Of a stretch of DNA of 64,000 nt, positions 1 to 13,160 are shown piece after piece. The notes beneath the pieces were generated by a model. That model was given only the letters and a program-made list of their open reading frames with translations, made no database searches and was not told the origin of the DNA. The stretch is from NCBI RefSeq assembly GCF_902713615.1, contig NC_052149.1, positions 127,227,256 to 127,291,255 of the forward strand. Direction: 5' to 3'. Origin of the DNA: Scyliorhinus canicula (lineage: Eukaryota). Position 1 is the stretch's first letter. Each line of letters starts with the position of its first letter. Both the position numbers and the translations under genes were made by a program.

Positions 1-1279
1 ACGGGGTCTCGGTTTTCCAACGGGAAACGGACCGAATGGTTGACCGGTACGGGCTGAGGGCCAGTTTTCCATACCTAGACAATGTCACTATCTGCGGCCA
101 CGATCAGCAGGACCATGATGCCAACCTTGCCAAATTTCTCCACACCGCCACTCTCCTCAACCTAACTTATAACAAAGAGAAGTGCGTGTTCAGCACGACT
201 CGCTTAGCCATCCTCGGCTATGTGGTCCAGAACGGAGTTCTAGGGCCTGATCCCGACCGCATGCGCCCCCTCATGGAACTCCCCCTCCCCGACTGCCCCA
301 AGGCCCTCAAACGTTGCCTGGGGTTCTTTTCTTACTACGCCCAGTAGGTCCCCAATTATGCAGACAAGGCCTGCCCACTCATCCAATCCACTCTTTTTCC
401 CAGAACGGCCGAGGCTCACCAGGCCTTCAACCGGATTAAGGATGACATCGCCAAGGCCGCGATGCATGCAGTCAACGAGACGTTACCATTTCAAGTCGAG
501 AGCGATGCATCAGACGTCGCTCTAGCCGCCACTCTCAACCAGGCAGGCAGGCCCGTGGCATTCTTTTCACGAACCCTTCATGCCTCTGAAATTCAGCATT
601 CTTCCGTCGAAAAAGAGGCCCAAGCCATCGTTGAAGCTGTCGGCATTGGAGGCATTACCTGGCCGGCAGGAGATTCACTCTGCTCAGTGACCAACGGTCA
701 GTAGCCTTCATGTTCAACAACACACAGCGGGGCAAGATCAAAATTGATAAAATCTTGAGGTGGAGGATCGAGCTGTTCACCCACAACTACGAGATTTTGT
801 ATCGCCCCGGTAAGCTCAACGAGCCCCCCGACACCCTATCCCGAGGTACATGTGCCAGCGCACACGTGGACCGACTCTGGACTCTACACGACAACCTTTG
901 TCACCCGGGAGTCACACATTTGTACCACTTCATCAAGGCCCGCAACCTGCCCTCCTCTGTCGACCCGTTGGTTGAGAGGGTACAGGTACTCCACGCCAAC
1001 CCACAGTACGCCTGTGTAGCGTACCCCGATGGCCGCCAAGATACTGTCTCCCTCAGGGACCTGGCACCAGCTGATTCCACACACACACACACCCCTCCGT
1101 TCCGGCGCCATCCTCCCCTCACCCGGCGCACCCAGCTGCAACCCCTGCCCACGCCCGAGGATGACGAGGATTTCGGCATGCTCCCGGAGTCACCAAGGAC
1201 CAGACCGACACCGGAATCGCTGCCACCACTGCGGCGCTCCCAACGGCAGATCAAGGCTCCGGACCGACTGAACCTGTAA
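1..1279 (+). mobile_element. Gypsy/Ty3 LTR retrotransposon pol remnant (RT C-terminal part, RNase H, integrase with catalytic core deleted); runs off the left edge
   Basis: ORF track shows YLDNVTICG (RT), FQVESDASDVALAATL and YRPGKLNEPPDTLSR (RNase H), and HDNLCHPGVTHLYHF (IN zinc finger) joined directly to DPLVERVQVLHANPQYA. The protein closely resembles the element at 50961-55726. Stops and frameshifts are present. Confidence 0.93.
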
Positions 1280-1426
1280 CTTGTTCAGGATTCGTAAATC
1301 ACCATATATATATATTCTGTATAATTCTCCTCCACCCCGCTGGACTCAATTTTTTTCCCTGTACGTTAAAACTTCTACTTGTATATAGTTCTCCACCACC
1401 TCCCCCGGACTCAATTTTAACAGGGG

Positions 1427-1651
1427 GTAGTCACCACTGTTGTATATATTAGGTGATTTGTGGTAAGGCCCTGTACTACAGGTACAGGGGTAGTACCCTG
1501 CCTGCTGGCTCCGCCCAGTAGGCAGAGTATAAATATGGGTGCTCTCCGTACAGCAGCCATTTCGCCAGCTGCTGTAGGAGGCCACACATCTTAGAGTAAT
1601 AAAGCCTCGATTGCATCCAACTCTCATCTTTGTGTAATTGATCGTGCATCA
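1427..1651 (+). repeat. 3' LTR of the Gypsy element at 1-1279 (left boundary approximate)
   Basis: Follows the PPT-like ttttaacaggggg; contains GC box ggctccgccc, TATAAATA 1528-1535 and AATAAA 1598-1603; ends ...gtgcatCA at 1651. Confidence 0.75.
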
Positions 1652-1689
1652 GTTATATAACCTCTAACCTGGACTACACTACCAGGATG

Positions 1690-2170
1690 CCCGGACGTGG
1701 GATTTGTTGCCTCCTCTGACATTCCCCAGGTCCAGGAGGTGAGCTATGGCACACATGTCCCCAACAAACACCAGGGGGTGCCCTTCATCAATAGGCAGGG
1801 GCTCTACTCCCCGAATGTGCAGTTGGCCCCAAACCGACACCGAGGCCTGTTATAACAATGCCGATGCATCCACCAGGAGCCTCATTGAGCGGTGGATCAG
1901 CATTCTGAAGATGTGCTTCCGATGCCTGGATCGGTCAGGTTAGTCCCAGGAGGGTCTCTAACATCGTGCTGGCCGCCTGCTGTGTCCTGCACAACATCAC
2001 GCAGCAGAGGGCGGACATGCTGGAGGAGGAGGAAGGATGCCAACCTCATCTGATGAGGAGGGCGAGGAGGGTGTCCAGGAAACACCAGGCATGGAGCCCG
2101 GGTTGGGGGGCAGGCCACCCAAAGTGTGATCCAGGGTCACCGCACACGGGACAACCTCATCACCGCCAGA
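1690..2170 (+). mobile_element. Degenerate PIF/Harbinger (HARBI1-like) DDE transposase fragment
   Basis: Translations CYNNADASTRSLIERWISILKMCFRCLDRSG and LAACCVLHNI match the HARBI1-type C-terminal motifs; frames are broken. Confidence 0.75.
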
Positions 2171-2279
2171 TTTGTCACTAAGAGGCCCTGCCACCAGGAT
2201 CTGTGTCACCCTGTCTCACCTCTCCATCCCCCCCCCCACACCCCTTCAAAATGGAACCCCCATTCCAATCACCGCTCAC

Positions 2280-2595
2280 ACCTTCCCCGTCACTCAGCCC
2301 CTCCCTCCAGCTTCCCCATCCCTGCTCCCTTCACTCCACCATCCCCGTCCCTCAGCCCCTCCCTCCATCTTCCCCGTCCCTCCTCTCTTCACCCCACCTT
2401 CCCCGTTCTCCTCCCTTCACCCCACCTTCCCCATCCCTCCTCCCCTCACTCCACCTTCCCCGTCCCTCCTCTCTTCACTCCACCTTCCCCTTCCCTCCAC
2501 CTTCCCCATCCCTCCTCTCTTCACTCCACCTTCCCCGTCCCTCCCCCTTCACTCCACCTTCCCCATCCCTCCTCCCCTCACTCCACCTTCCCCTT
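2280..2595. repeat. Pyrimidine-rich degenerate tandem repeat (~29-bp unit, ctccaccttccccrtccctcctcycytca)
   Basis: About 10 imperfect units visible directly in the sequence. Confidence 0.8.
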
Positions 2596-5500
2596 AGTAA
2601 CAAGTATACCACTTTGGATACTGTTGGGGGGGGACTTACCAGGGGTAAGCCATGGGGTGAAGGTCTCTGGCCCAGAGTCTGTCCCTGTTGCTCAGAAGGG
2701 AAGGGGGGAAAGGAGTAGAACATTAGTCATTGGAGACTCCATAGTTAGGGGGATAGATAGAAGATTCTGTGGGAACGAGAGAGATTCGCGGTTGGTGTGT
2801 TGCCTCCCAGGTGCCAGGTTCCGTGATGTTTCGGATCGTGTTTTCGGGATCCTTAAGGGGGAGGGGGAGCAGCCCCAAGTCGTGGTCCACATAGGCACCA
2901 ACGACATAGGTCAGAAAAGGGATGGGGATATAAGGCAGATAGTCAGGGAGCTAGGGTGGAATCTTAGAGCTGGAACAAACAGAGTTATTATCTCTGAGTT
3001 GTTACCTGTGCCACGTGCTAGCAAGTCGAGGAATAGGGAGAGAGCAGTTCAACACGTGGCTACAGGGATGGTGCAGGAGGGAGGGATTCAGATACCTGGA
3101 TAATTGGGGCTCATTCTGGGGTAGGTGGGATCCCTACAAATGGGATGGTCTACACCTGAACCAGAGGGGTACCAATATCCTGGGGGGGAGATTTGCTAAT
3201 GCTCTTCAGGAGGGTTTAAACTAATTCAGCAGGGTGATGGGAACCTGAATTGTAACTCCAGTGTACAGGAGGTTGAGAGTAGTAGGTCATGAGTAAAGTT
3301 TCAAGGTCGCAGGAGTGTACCGGCAGGCAGGAAGGTGGTTTGAAGTGTGTCTTCGTCAATGCCAGGAGCATCCGGAATAAGGTGGGTGAACTTGCAGCAT
3401 GGGTTGGTACCTGGGACTTCGATGTTGTGGCCATTTCGGAGACATGGATAGAGCAGGGACAGGAATGGTTGTTGCAGGTGCCGGGGTTTAGATGTTTCAA
3501 TAAGCTCAGGGAAGGTAGTAAAAGAGAGGGAGGGGTGGCATTGTTAGTCAAGGACAGTATTACGGTGGCAGACAGGACGTTTGATGAGGACTCGTCTACT
3601 GAGGTAGTATCAGCTGAGGTTAGACATAGGAAAGGAGAGGTCACCCTGTTGGGAGGTTTCTATAGGCCTCTGAAAAGTTCTACAGATGTTGAAGAAAGGA
3701 TTGTAAAGATTATTCTGGATAGGAACGAATGTAACAGGGTAGTTGTTATGGGGGACTTTAACTTTCCAAATATTGACTGGAAATACTATAGTTTGAGTAC
3801 TTTAGATGGGTCCGTTTTTGTGCAGTGTGTGCAGGAGGGTTTTCTGACACAGTATGTAGATCGACCAAAAAGAGGCGAGGCCACATTGGATTTGGTACTG
3901 GGTAATGAACCAGGCCAGGTGTTAGATTTGGAGGTAGGTGAGCACTTTGGTGATAGTGACCACAATTCAGTTATGTTTAAATTTGTGATGCAAAGGGTTA
4001 GGTATATACCACAGGGCAAGTGTTATAGCTGGGGGAAAGGCAATTATGATGCGATTAGGCAAGATTTAGGATGCACAGGATGGGGAAGGAAACTGCAGGG
4101 GATGGGCACAATGGAAATGTGGAGCATGTTCAAGGAACAGCTACTGCGTGTCCTTGATAAGTATGTACCTGTCAGGCAGGGAGGACATCATCGAGCGAAG
4201 GAACCGTGGTTTATTAAAGTAGTTGAATCACTTGTCAAGAATAAGAAGGAGGCTTATGAAAAGGTGAGACGTGATGGTTCAGTTAGGGCGCTTGAGAGTT
4301 ACAAGTTAGCCAGGAAGGACCTAAAGAGAGAGCTAAGAAGAGCCAGGAGAGGACATGAGAAGTCTTTGGCAGGTAGGATCAAGGAAAACCCTAAAGCTTT
4401 CTATAGATATGTCAGGAATAAAAGAATGACTGGGGTAAGAGTAGGGCCAGTCAAGGACAGTAGTGGGAAGTTGTACGTGGAGTCCGAGGAGAAAGGAGAG
4501 GTGCTAAATGAATATTTTTTGTCAGTATTCACACAGGAAAAAGATAATATTGTTGCGGCGAATACTCAGATACAGGCTACTAGACTAGACAGGATTGAGG
4601 AATTCTGGAAAGTGTGAAAATAGATAAGTCCCCTGGGCCAGATGGGATTTATCTTAGGATTCTCTGGGAAGCTAGGGCGGAGATTGCTGAGCCTTTGGCT
4701 TTGATCTTTATGTCGTCATTGTCTACAGGAATAGTGCCAGAAGACTGGAGGATAGCAAATGTTGTCCCCTTGTTCAAGAAGGGGAGTAGAGACAACCCCG
4801 GTAACTATAGACCAATGAGTCTTACTTCTGTTGCGGGCAAAGTCTTGCAAAGGATTATAAGAGATAGGATTTATAATATTCTAGAAAGGAATAATTTGAT
4901 TAGGGATAGTCAACACGGTTTTGCGAAGGGTAGGTCGTGCCTCACAAACCTTATTGAGTTCCTTGAGAAGGTGACCAAACAGGTGGACGAGGGTAAAGCA
5001 GTTGATGTGGTGTATATGGATTTCAGTAAAGCGTTTGCTAAGGTTCCCCCATGGTAGGCTATTGCAGAAAATACGGAGGCATGGGTTTGAGGGTGATTTA
5101 GCGGTTTGGATCAGAAATTGGCTCGCTGTAAGAAGACAGAGGGTGGTGGTTGATGGGGAATGTTCAGACTGGAATCCAGTTACTAGTGGTGTACCACAAG
5201 GATCTGTTTTGGGGCCTCTGCTGTTTGTCATTTTTATAAATGACCTGAAGGAGAGCTTAGAAAGATGGGTGAGTAAATTGGCAGATGACACTAAAGTCGG
5301 TGGAGTTGTGGACAGTGCGGAAGGATGTTACAAGTTACAGAGGGACATAGATAAGCTGCAGAGCTGGGCTGAGAAGTGGAAAATGGAGTTTAATGCAGAA
5401 AAGTGTGAGCTGATTCATCTTGGAAGGAGTAACAGGAATACAGAGTACTGGGCTAATGATAAGATTCTTGGTAGTGTGGATGAGCAGAGAGATCTCGGTG

Positions 5501-6160
5501 TCCATGTATATGGATCCCTGAAAGTTGCCACCCAGGTTGATAGGGTTGTTAAGAAGGCATACGGTTTGTTAGCTTTTATTGGTAGAGGGATTGAGTTTCG
5601 GAGCCATGAGGTCATGTTGCAGCTGTACAAAACTCTGCTGCGGCTGCATAATGTGCAGTTCTGGTCGCCGCATTATAGGATGTGGAAGCATTGGAAAGGG
5701 TGCAGAGGAGATTTACCAGGATGTTGCCTGGTATGGAGGGAGGATCTCATGAGGAAAGGCTGAAGGACTTGAGGCTGTTTTCGTCAGAGAGAAGGTTAAG
5801 AGGTGACTTAATTGAGGCATACAAGATGATCAGAGGATTAGATAGGGTGGACAGTGAGAGCCTTTTTCCTTGGATGGTGATGGCTAGCACGAGGGGGCAT
5901 AGCTTTAAATTGAGGGGAGATAGATATAGGACAGATGTCAGAGGTAGGTTCTTTACTCAGAGAGTAGTAAGGGCGTGGAATGCCCTGCCTGCAACAGTAG
6001 TGGACTCGCCAACACTAAGGGCATTTAAACGATCATTGGATAAACATATGGATGATAAGGGAATAGTGTAGATGGGCTTTATATTGGTTTACTGATCGGC
6101 GCAACATTGAGGGCCGAAGGGCCTGTATTGCGCTGTAATGTTCTATTCTATTCTATTCTA
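2590..6160 (+). mobile_element. CR1-clade LINE, 5'-truncated: ORF1 SGNH esterase part, ORF2 APE endonuclease + RT with frameshifts, (TTCTA)n 3' tail
   Basis: ORF1 has LVIGDSIVRG and VHIGTNDIG. ORF2 has VFVNARSIRNK, VMGDFNFP, SDHNSV, PQGSVLGP and KLADDTK. The 3' tail ttctattctattcta ends near 6160. Confidence 0.95.
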
Positions 6161-6249
6161 ATTGGAAGAAGCACTGGGGGTGGAAAAGGGACAAATTGTA
6201 TTCTGGGTGGTGACCTTCAATGTCCATCATGAACAGTATCTCATTGCTC

Positions 6250-6633
6250 TTATGTGTTGGGCACTGTGGACTTGTGAAGCAGACATATGCCACCAACACT
6301 GAAGAAGGTTCAACACTATTTTATTAACTGTTATAAAATAATAGACATACTATAACTGTGGGTTTAAACAATGCTAGTTTAACTAGAGACCTGTGCCTGT
6401 CCGAACCAGTTGAATCTCTCAGCACGTGGTGAGAGTCCGTACTGTAACTGATGAGCTCTTGTGCTTCTGAGAGGCAGCATCCAGAATGAGCGGGAAAAGT
6501 GATGCCATCTGCCTTTATAGTGCATGTGTTCTAACTGGTGATTGGCTGCAGTGTTTGTGCATGTTGATTGGTCCAAGTGTATGTCCATCAGTGTGTGTGT
6601 CTGCACCATGATATGCTGGTGTATATTATGACA
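6250..6633 (-). repeat. 3' LTR of Gypsy 6250-13544, with polypurine tract at 6634-6646
   Basis: Direct repeat of 13161-13544; the adjacent tcccccccttttt reads AAAAAGGGGGGGA on the minus strand. Confidence 0.93.
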
Positions 6634-6965
6634 TCCCCCCCTTTTTAAAAAAAATTGATGTGAATGTGTGACAATAAATAGTGTGGATGTGTGAAGAATG
6701 TTCCTCACTACATGTGAGGTGCAAAGACATATGGACAAATCTATGTACAGGAAAACAAAACTATATACAAGGGAAGGTGCCTGGTGCAGATAATTAGTGT
6801 GCAACAAATTGAACAAGAACAGTGCTCTATACAAGCCACTAGAAAATTAGTTAACAGGGAAGGAAACATCTCAGAGAGTCCATAAATTTGCAAAGTTCAT
6901 AAATTCAATCTCTGAGGTGGGCAACGAACTCTGGTTGACCGCCTCAAGGGTAGGTCGATAGCCGC

Positions 6966-7997
6966 CAGGTCAGGAGCTGGGCGGGCTGCAGCACAGTCAG
7001 GGGGAGGCAGAGTGACCGGAAGCTCTGCACAGTCCATGGCAGGGTCAGCGGAGGGGCTGGGTGGGCTGCAGCACAGTCAGGGGGAGGCAGAGTGACCGGA
7101 AGCTCTGCACAGTCCATGGCAGGGTCAGCAGAGGGAGGCAGAGTGACCGGAAGCTCTGCACAGTCCATGGCAGGGTCAGCAGAGGAGCTGGGTGGGCTAC
7201 AGCACAGTCAGGGGGAGGCAGAGTGACCGGAAGCTCTGCACAGTCCATGGCAGGGTCAGCAGAGGGGCTGGGTGGGCTGCAACACAGTCAGGGGGAGGCA
7301 GAGTGACCGGAAGCTCTGCACAGTCCATGGCAGGGTCAGCAGGGGGAGGCAGAGTGACCGGAAGCTCTGCACAGTCCATGGCAGGGTCAGCAGAGGAGCT
7401 GGGTGGGCAGCAACACAGTCAGGAGGCAGAGTGACCGGAAGCTCTGCACAGTCCATGGCAGGGTCAGCAGAGGGGCTGGGTGGGCAGCAACACAGTCAGG
7501 GGGAGGCAGAGTGACCGGAAGCTCTGCACAGTCCATGGCAGGGTCAGCAGAGGAGCTGGGTGGGCAGCAACACAGTCAGGAGGCAGAGTGACCGGAAGCT
7601 CTGCACAGTCCATGGCAGGGTCAGCAGAGGGGCTGGGTGGGCTGCAACACAGTCAGGGGGAGGCAGAGTGACCGGAAGCTCTGCACAGTCCATGGCAGGG
7701 TCAGCAGAGGGGCTGGGTGGGCTGCAACACAGTCAGGGGGAGGCAGAGTGACCGGAAGCTCTGCACAGTCCATGGCAGGGTCAGCAGAGGGGCTGGGTGG
7801 GCTGCAACACAGTCAGGGGGAGGCAGAGTGACCGGAAGCTCTGCACAGTCCATGGCAGGGTCAACAGAGGGGCTGGGTGGGCTGCAACACAGTCAGGGGG
7901 AGGCAGAGTGATCGGAAGCGCTGCACAGTCCATGGCAGGGTCAGCAGGGGGAGGCAGAGTGACCGGAAGCTCTGCACAGTCCATGGCAGGGTCAGCA
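6966..7997. repeat. Minisatellite inside the Gypsy pol 3' end: 51-bp core with optional 26-29-bp insert (80/77/51-bp periods), 14 cores
   Basis: agtccatggcaggg recurs at 7031, 7111, 7162, 7242, 7322, 7373, 7450, 7530, 7607, 7687, 7767, 7847, 7927 and 7978. Confidence 0.95.
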
Positions 7998-9203
7998 GAT
8001 GAGCTGTTCGGAGGATCCCGTGACGACTGTGGAACAAGGCGAAGGGCACGCCGATTGCAGCGCCGAATGGACCCGTCTGGTAACCGAACCAGGAAGGAAT
8101 GGGGGGCCACCTGCCTAAGGACAACAGCAGGTGCAGACCAGCCACCATCCGGTAGATGGATGCGAACCGTCATTCAGCTGGATGTCGGGGAGATCAGCAG
8201 CACTTGAGTCGTGTGTCACCTTTTGCTATGCCTGAGATGCCTGTATCTTGTGGAGCACGGGAACATGATCAAGATTCGGGGTGTGAATCGACGGCACCGT
8301 CGTCCTGAGGGTGCGGTTCATCAGCAACTCTGCAGGTGACAGCCCAGTGGAGAGCGGGGCGGAGCGATAGGCCAACAAAGCTAGATAGAAGTCAGATCCG
8401 CATCGGCAGCCTTGCAGAGTAGCCTCTTGACTATGTGAACCCCCTTTTCTGCTTTGCCATTGGACTGAGGGTACAGGGGACTGAATGTGACGTGTGCGAA
8501 GTTGTACTGCCGGGCAAAGCTGGCCCATTCCTGGCTGGTGAAGCAGGTGCCATTGTCCGACATCACTGTGAGCGGGATGCCATGCCGGGCAAATGTTTCT
8601 TTGCAAGCCCGAATGACAGTAGAAGAAGTGAGGTCGTGCAACCTGATGACCTCCGGGTAGTTAGAGAAGGAATCAATGATTAACACATAGTCCCTGCTCA
8701 ATGCGTGGAACAGGTCAATGCCCACCTTGGTCCAGGGCGATGTGACCAACTCATGGGGCATCAGGGTCTCCCGTGGTTGGGCGGGTTGAAACCGCTGGCA
8801 GCTGGGGCAGTTGAGTACCGCATTGGCGATGTCATCGTTAATGCCCGGCCAATAGGCAGCTTCCCTGGCCCTGCGGTGACATTTTTCAACACCTAGATGG
8901 CCTTCGTGCAGCTGCTGTAGGACCAGCTGGTGAATGCTGTGCGGGATCATGATGCGGTCTAGCTTCAGGAGAACCCCATCAACGACTGCCAGATCGTCAC
9001 AAACATTGTAAAACTGTGGGCATTGGCCCTTGAGCCACCCGTCCGTCATTAGGGGCATGACACGCTGTAGTAGGGGATCAGCCGCTGTGTCACAGCGAAT
9101 TTGTACCAGGCATTCAACCGATGCTGGCTAGTGGGAAGCTGCGAACTGAACTTGAGCATCGACCTGGCAAATGGACCCTTCGTGATCGCTTGGAGTGGTG
9201 ACC

Positions 9204-10273
9204 GGTGCTATGTCTTTTCGTCCGACGTCATTTCGTCCAACGACACTTCGTCCACGTCTTTTGGTCCAACGTCTTTTTGTCCACCCGTCTTTTGGTCCAA
9301 CGTCACTTCGTCCAATTATCCAATTACAAATAGTTTTATTTAGTTTTTCAATGTTACTGCTCAAGGATCCTCTCCACCTATTTCGCATCTTGAGGTTGAG
9401 TTCTGCATTTGTGCTGCTTGATCTCCAGACATTATTAAAATCGCTTATTGTCACGAGTAGGCTTCAATGAAGTTACTGTGAAAAGCCCCTAGTCGCCACA
9501 TTCCGCTGCCTGTCCGAGGAGGCTGGTACGGGAATCGAACCGTGCTGCTGGCCTGCTTGGTCTGCTTTAAAAGCCAGCGATTTAGCCTGGTGAGCTAAAC
9601 CAGCCCTCTCCAGACATTATTAAGATAAGCTGCAGGATATTCACCCATGTATGCTCCAGCGTGATGAGAGCCATTGTATCTGATGGAATATTTGATCATT
9701 TCAGACCTGTAATGTCAGAACCCACTGCCAACCAGAGGTTTTAATCACTCGACGAAAATCGAGTTTAAACCTGCTTCTTTCAGAACTGCACTCATTGTCT
9801 AAATCCAATTAGACTCCCACTTATATCTGTGTCTGTCGGAATTGTAGAATATCAAATCATCTTGTCCTCTCCCCATTATTCTCTCTCGGGTACAGTTCTG
9901 GAAATCTAACTTTTAGGGAATTTCGGGAATTTACAATTTACATCAATTTTAAGTAATTTCGGGAATTTTAAGTAATTAGTCAACTTTTAGATTTTTTAAC
10001 TGCATTTTTAGATTTTTTAACTTTTTAACTGCATTTTTCAACTTGCATTTTACTTGCATTTTATCAATTACTTGCATTTTAGCAATTAAATTCACTTGCT
10101 GTATTGTACTTGCATTTTATCAATTAAATGGTTTTATACGGAGTTAATTTGTTTCGGATAATTGGACGAAGTGACGTTGGACCAAAAGACGGGCGGACAA
10201 AAGGACGTTGGACCAAAAGACGTGGACGAAGTGTCGTTGGACGAAGTGACGTCGGACGAAAAGACGCGACACG
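9204..10273. mobile_element. Non-autonomous DNA transposon (Mutator-like MITE) inserted in Gypsy pol
   Basis: Internally repetitive TIRs of about 118 bp (9204-9321 / 10156-10273); 9-bp TSD gtggtgacc at 9195-9203 and 10274-10282; AT-rich non-coding interior. The superfamily is inferred from the 9-bp TSD and long TIRs. Confidence 0.85.
9439..9606 (-). mobile_element. Short tRNA-derived SINE (family A) inserted in the MITE, 17-bp TSD
   Basis: TSD tctccagacattattaa at 9422-9438 and 9607-9623; same family as 14030-14209, 50150-50312 and 56518-56704. Confidence 0.88.
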
Positions 10274-13140
10274 GTGGTGACCGACCTAGAGAGGCCATCG
10301 GCAATGACAAGGTCTTTGCCAGGGGTATAAACAAGTTGGAAATCATACCTCCGGAGCTTGAGCAGGATGCGCTGGAGGCGAGGCGTCATATCATTCAAGG
10401 CCTTTTGTATTATGTTGATGAGCGGACGATGGTCGGTCTCGACAGTAAACTGAGGAAGTCCATAAACATAGTCGTGGAACCTCACGACACCGGTCAGAAG
10501 GCTGAGGCACTCCTTCTCTATTTGCGCGTAGCGCTGTTCCGTGGGGGTCATTGCCCACGACACATACGCAACAGGGACCCATGACGAGGCCTCATCATGC
10601 TGAAGAAGCACGGCTCCAATGCCAGACTGACTGGCCTCCGTATAGATTTTCGTTTCCTTGGTTGGATTGAAAAAAGCCAGCACTGGGGCTGTGGATAGCT
10701 GTGTTCCCTCCACTCGAGCTCGTGGGCAGGGAGCCACTGGAAGTCCGTTGTCTTTCGAACCAGGTTCCTGAGAGCCGTGGTATGCGAGGCGAGATTGGGA
10801 ATAAACTTTCGTAGGAAGTTTACCATGCCCAGGAACCGGAGGACCGCTTTCTTGTCCTCGGGCGTTTTCATGGATGTGATGGCAGCAATCTTGTCCTAAT
10901 CCAGCCGCACACCCAAATGGGAAATATGATCACCCAGGAATTTAATGTCCGATTGGCCGAAAGAGCATTTGGCCCTATTGAGGCGGAGGCCATGTTCGTG
11001 AATGCGCTTGAAGACGCACATGAAGGTGGCTGATGTGCTCCTGCGGGATAGTGGACCAGATTATTATGTCGTCGACGTAGACACGGACGCCTTCGATTCC
11101 CTCCATCATCTGTTCCATTATTCTGTGGAATACTTTGGACACCGAGATGATGCCAAATGGCATTCGGTTGTAGCAGTATCTGCCAAAGGGCGTATTGAAT
11201 GTACACAGCTTTCTGCTCGATTCATCCAGCTGGATTTGCCAGAAGCCTTTTGAGGCATTGAGTTTTGTGACGATTTTGGCAAGGGCCATTTCACACGTGA
11301 GTTCCTCACGCTTGGGAATCGGGTAGTGCTCCCTCATGATATTCCGATGAAGATCCTTAGGATCTATGCAAATTCTCAGCTCACCGGACGGTTTCTTCAC
11401 ACAGACCATGGAACTCACCCAGTTGGTCGGTTCCGTGACTCTGGAGGTGACCCCTTGGTCCTGGAGGTGCTGGAGGTCCTGGAGCTGTTGCTTGAGGCGG
11501 TCCTTAAGGGGCGCTGGGACCCTGCGAGGTGCGTGTACCACAGGCGTTGGGCTTGAGTAGAATCTTGTATGTATACGGGAACGTGCCCATGCCCTCGAAG
11601 ATGTTGAGGTAGTGTTGGATGATGGTGTCGAGTTGTGCCCTGAAGTCGGTGTCAGGAGAGGCAGACGCGTCGCTGGGAGAGAGAGAGTGAACCCTCTGCA
11701 CCAACTTCAGCAGCTTATATGCCTGCGCACCAAGCAAGGAGGCTTTCGAGGCGGCAACGATCTCAAAGGATAGTACAGCTGTGTGAGCACAGTGCGTCAC
11801 CTCGAGTTGGCAGGAGCCACTGGCAGCGACGGCATTTCCGTTATAATCAAGCAGTTGGCATGCAGAAGGCAGGGTGGCAGGCTGGACACGGAGGCTGCGA
11901 AGGTCAGACGACGCAATGAGATTAGCGGAGGCGCCAGTGTCCAGGCGGAACCTCACTGGGGACCGATTGACCGTAAGGGTGGCACACCACTCATCACCTG
12001 GATCAATTGTATTGGAATGGGTTTGGTGCTGCGCTTTGGAGACATCCTGTACTTGGTTATGATGCCGACTTGGAAAGGGGCTTGCAGGTCATCGCTGTCA
12101 AAGTTGGCAGACAGGTCTGGGACAGGCTCATTCAGTGTGGGCTGAATGGCCCGGACATCCCTGCGGGTCTGGCTGGATCTCCTGAAACTAGCAGGCTGAG
12201 TCGACCTGCATAAAGCAGCATAGTGGCCAAGTTTGCCACACTGCAGACTGCGTCGGGTCTTCACGGGACATTGTCGCTTTAAGTGGGCGGAGCCATAGTT
12301 GACGCACGCCATTGCGTCGGCGCGTTCGTTACGCCACAGCGCATGCGTGGTACGATCCAGCGTGGTGCTTGCCTGCCCAGTACGTTCCTCGATGTCACCA
12401 CGTTTGTTGCGTCCCAGCGCGGGAGCCCGCGAAAAGCGCGCAAAATGGCCGCCTTCGTCCAGACTTAGGCCCTGGAGAGACTTAATAACCTGGACCCGTT
12501 CTGCCTCATGGGGAGTTTGCCGTGCCGTTTCAGCAGCCTGGATGCGGGAATATCGCGTGGAGGCGTACTCATGGAACACGCAGGTCTCTATGTCAGTGGA
12601 CAGGGTGAGCTGCTTGACTTTAAGAAGCTGCTGGCGAAGGGGCTCCGACTGCACACCAAAAACTATCTGGCCACGTATCATGGAGTCAGAGGTGGACCCG
12701 TAGTTGCAGGACTGCGCAAGGACACGGAGGTGGGTGATAAACGACTGGAAAGGTTTGTCCTTACCCTGTAAGCGCTGCTGAAATATATATCGCTCGAAGC
12801 TCTCGTTTACCTCGACCTCGCAGTGGCTGTCGAACTTTAGGAGGACCGTCTTGAACTTCGATTTATCCTCCCCGTCAGCGAAGGTGAGCGAGTTAAAGAT
12901 GTGGAGGGCATGGTCCCCAGCTGTGGAGAGGAAGAGAGCAATCGTCCGTGCATCCGAGGCAGCTTCCAGGTCCATGGCCTCGAGGTACAGCTGGAAGCGC
13001 TGTTTAAAAATCTTACTGTTGGAGGCCAGGTTGCCGGCAATGCGGAGGGGCGGCGGCAGGCGAACGCTGTCCATATTGCAGGATGGCTGAAGACTGGTGG
13101 AAGGCTGATCACTGGAAGGTAGGTCTCAGAAGTACTAACA

Positions 13141-13160
13141 TCCCTCAACTACTGGTACCA
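13141..13160 (-). promoter_or_regulatory. tRNA primer-binding site (TGGTACCAGTAGT..., resembles the complement of the tRNA-Leu(TAA) 3' end)
   Basis: Starts with TGG immediately after the 5' LTR. The tRNA identity comes from my recall of vertebrate tRNA-Leu(TAA) ending ...CTGGTA-CCA and was not searched. Confidence 0.7.

Noticed and set aside
2126-2718. Proline-rich ORFs as a host gene
   Set aside because: They are translations of a C/T-rich tandem repeat fused to a truncated CR1 ORF1.
6966-7997. Array of RSS heptamers (CACAGTC twice per long unit)
   Set aside because: No nonamer at 12 or 23 nt; the sequence belongs to a Gypsy element.
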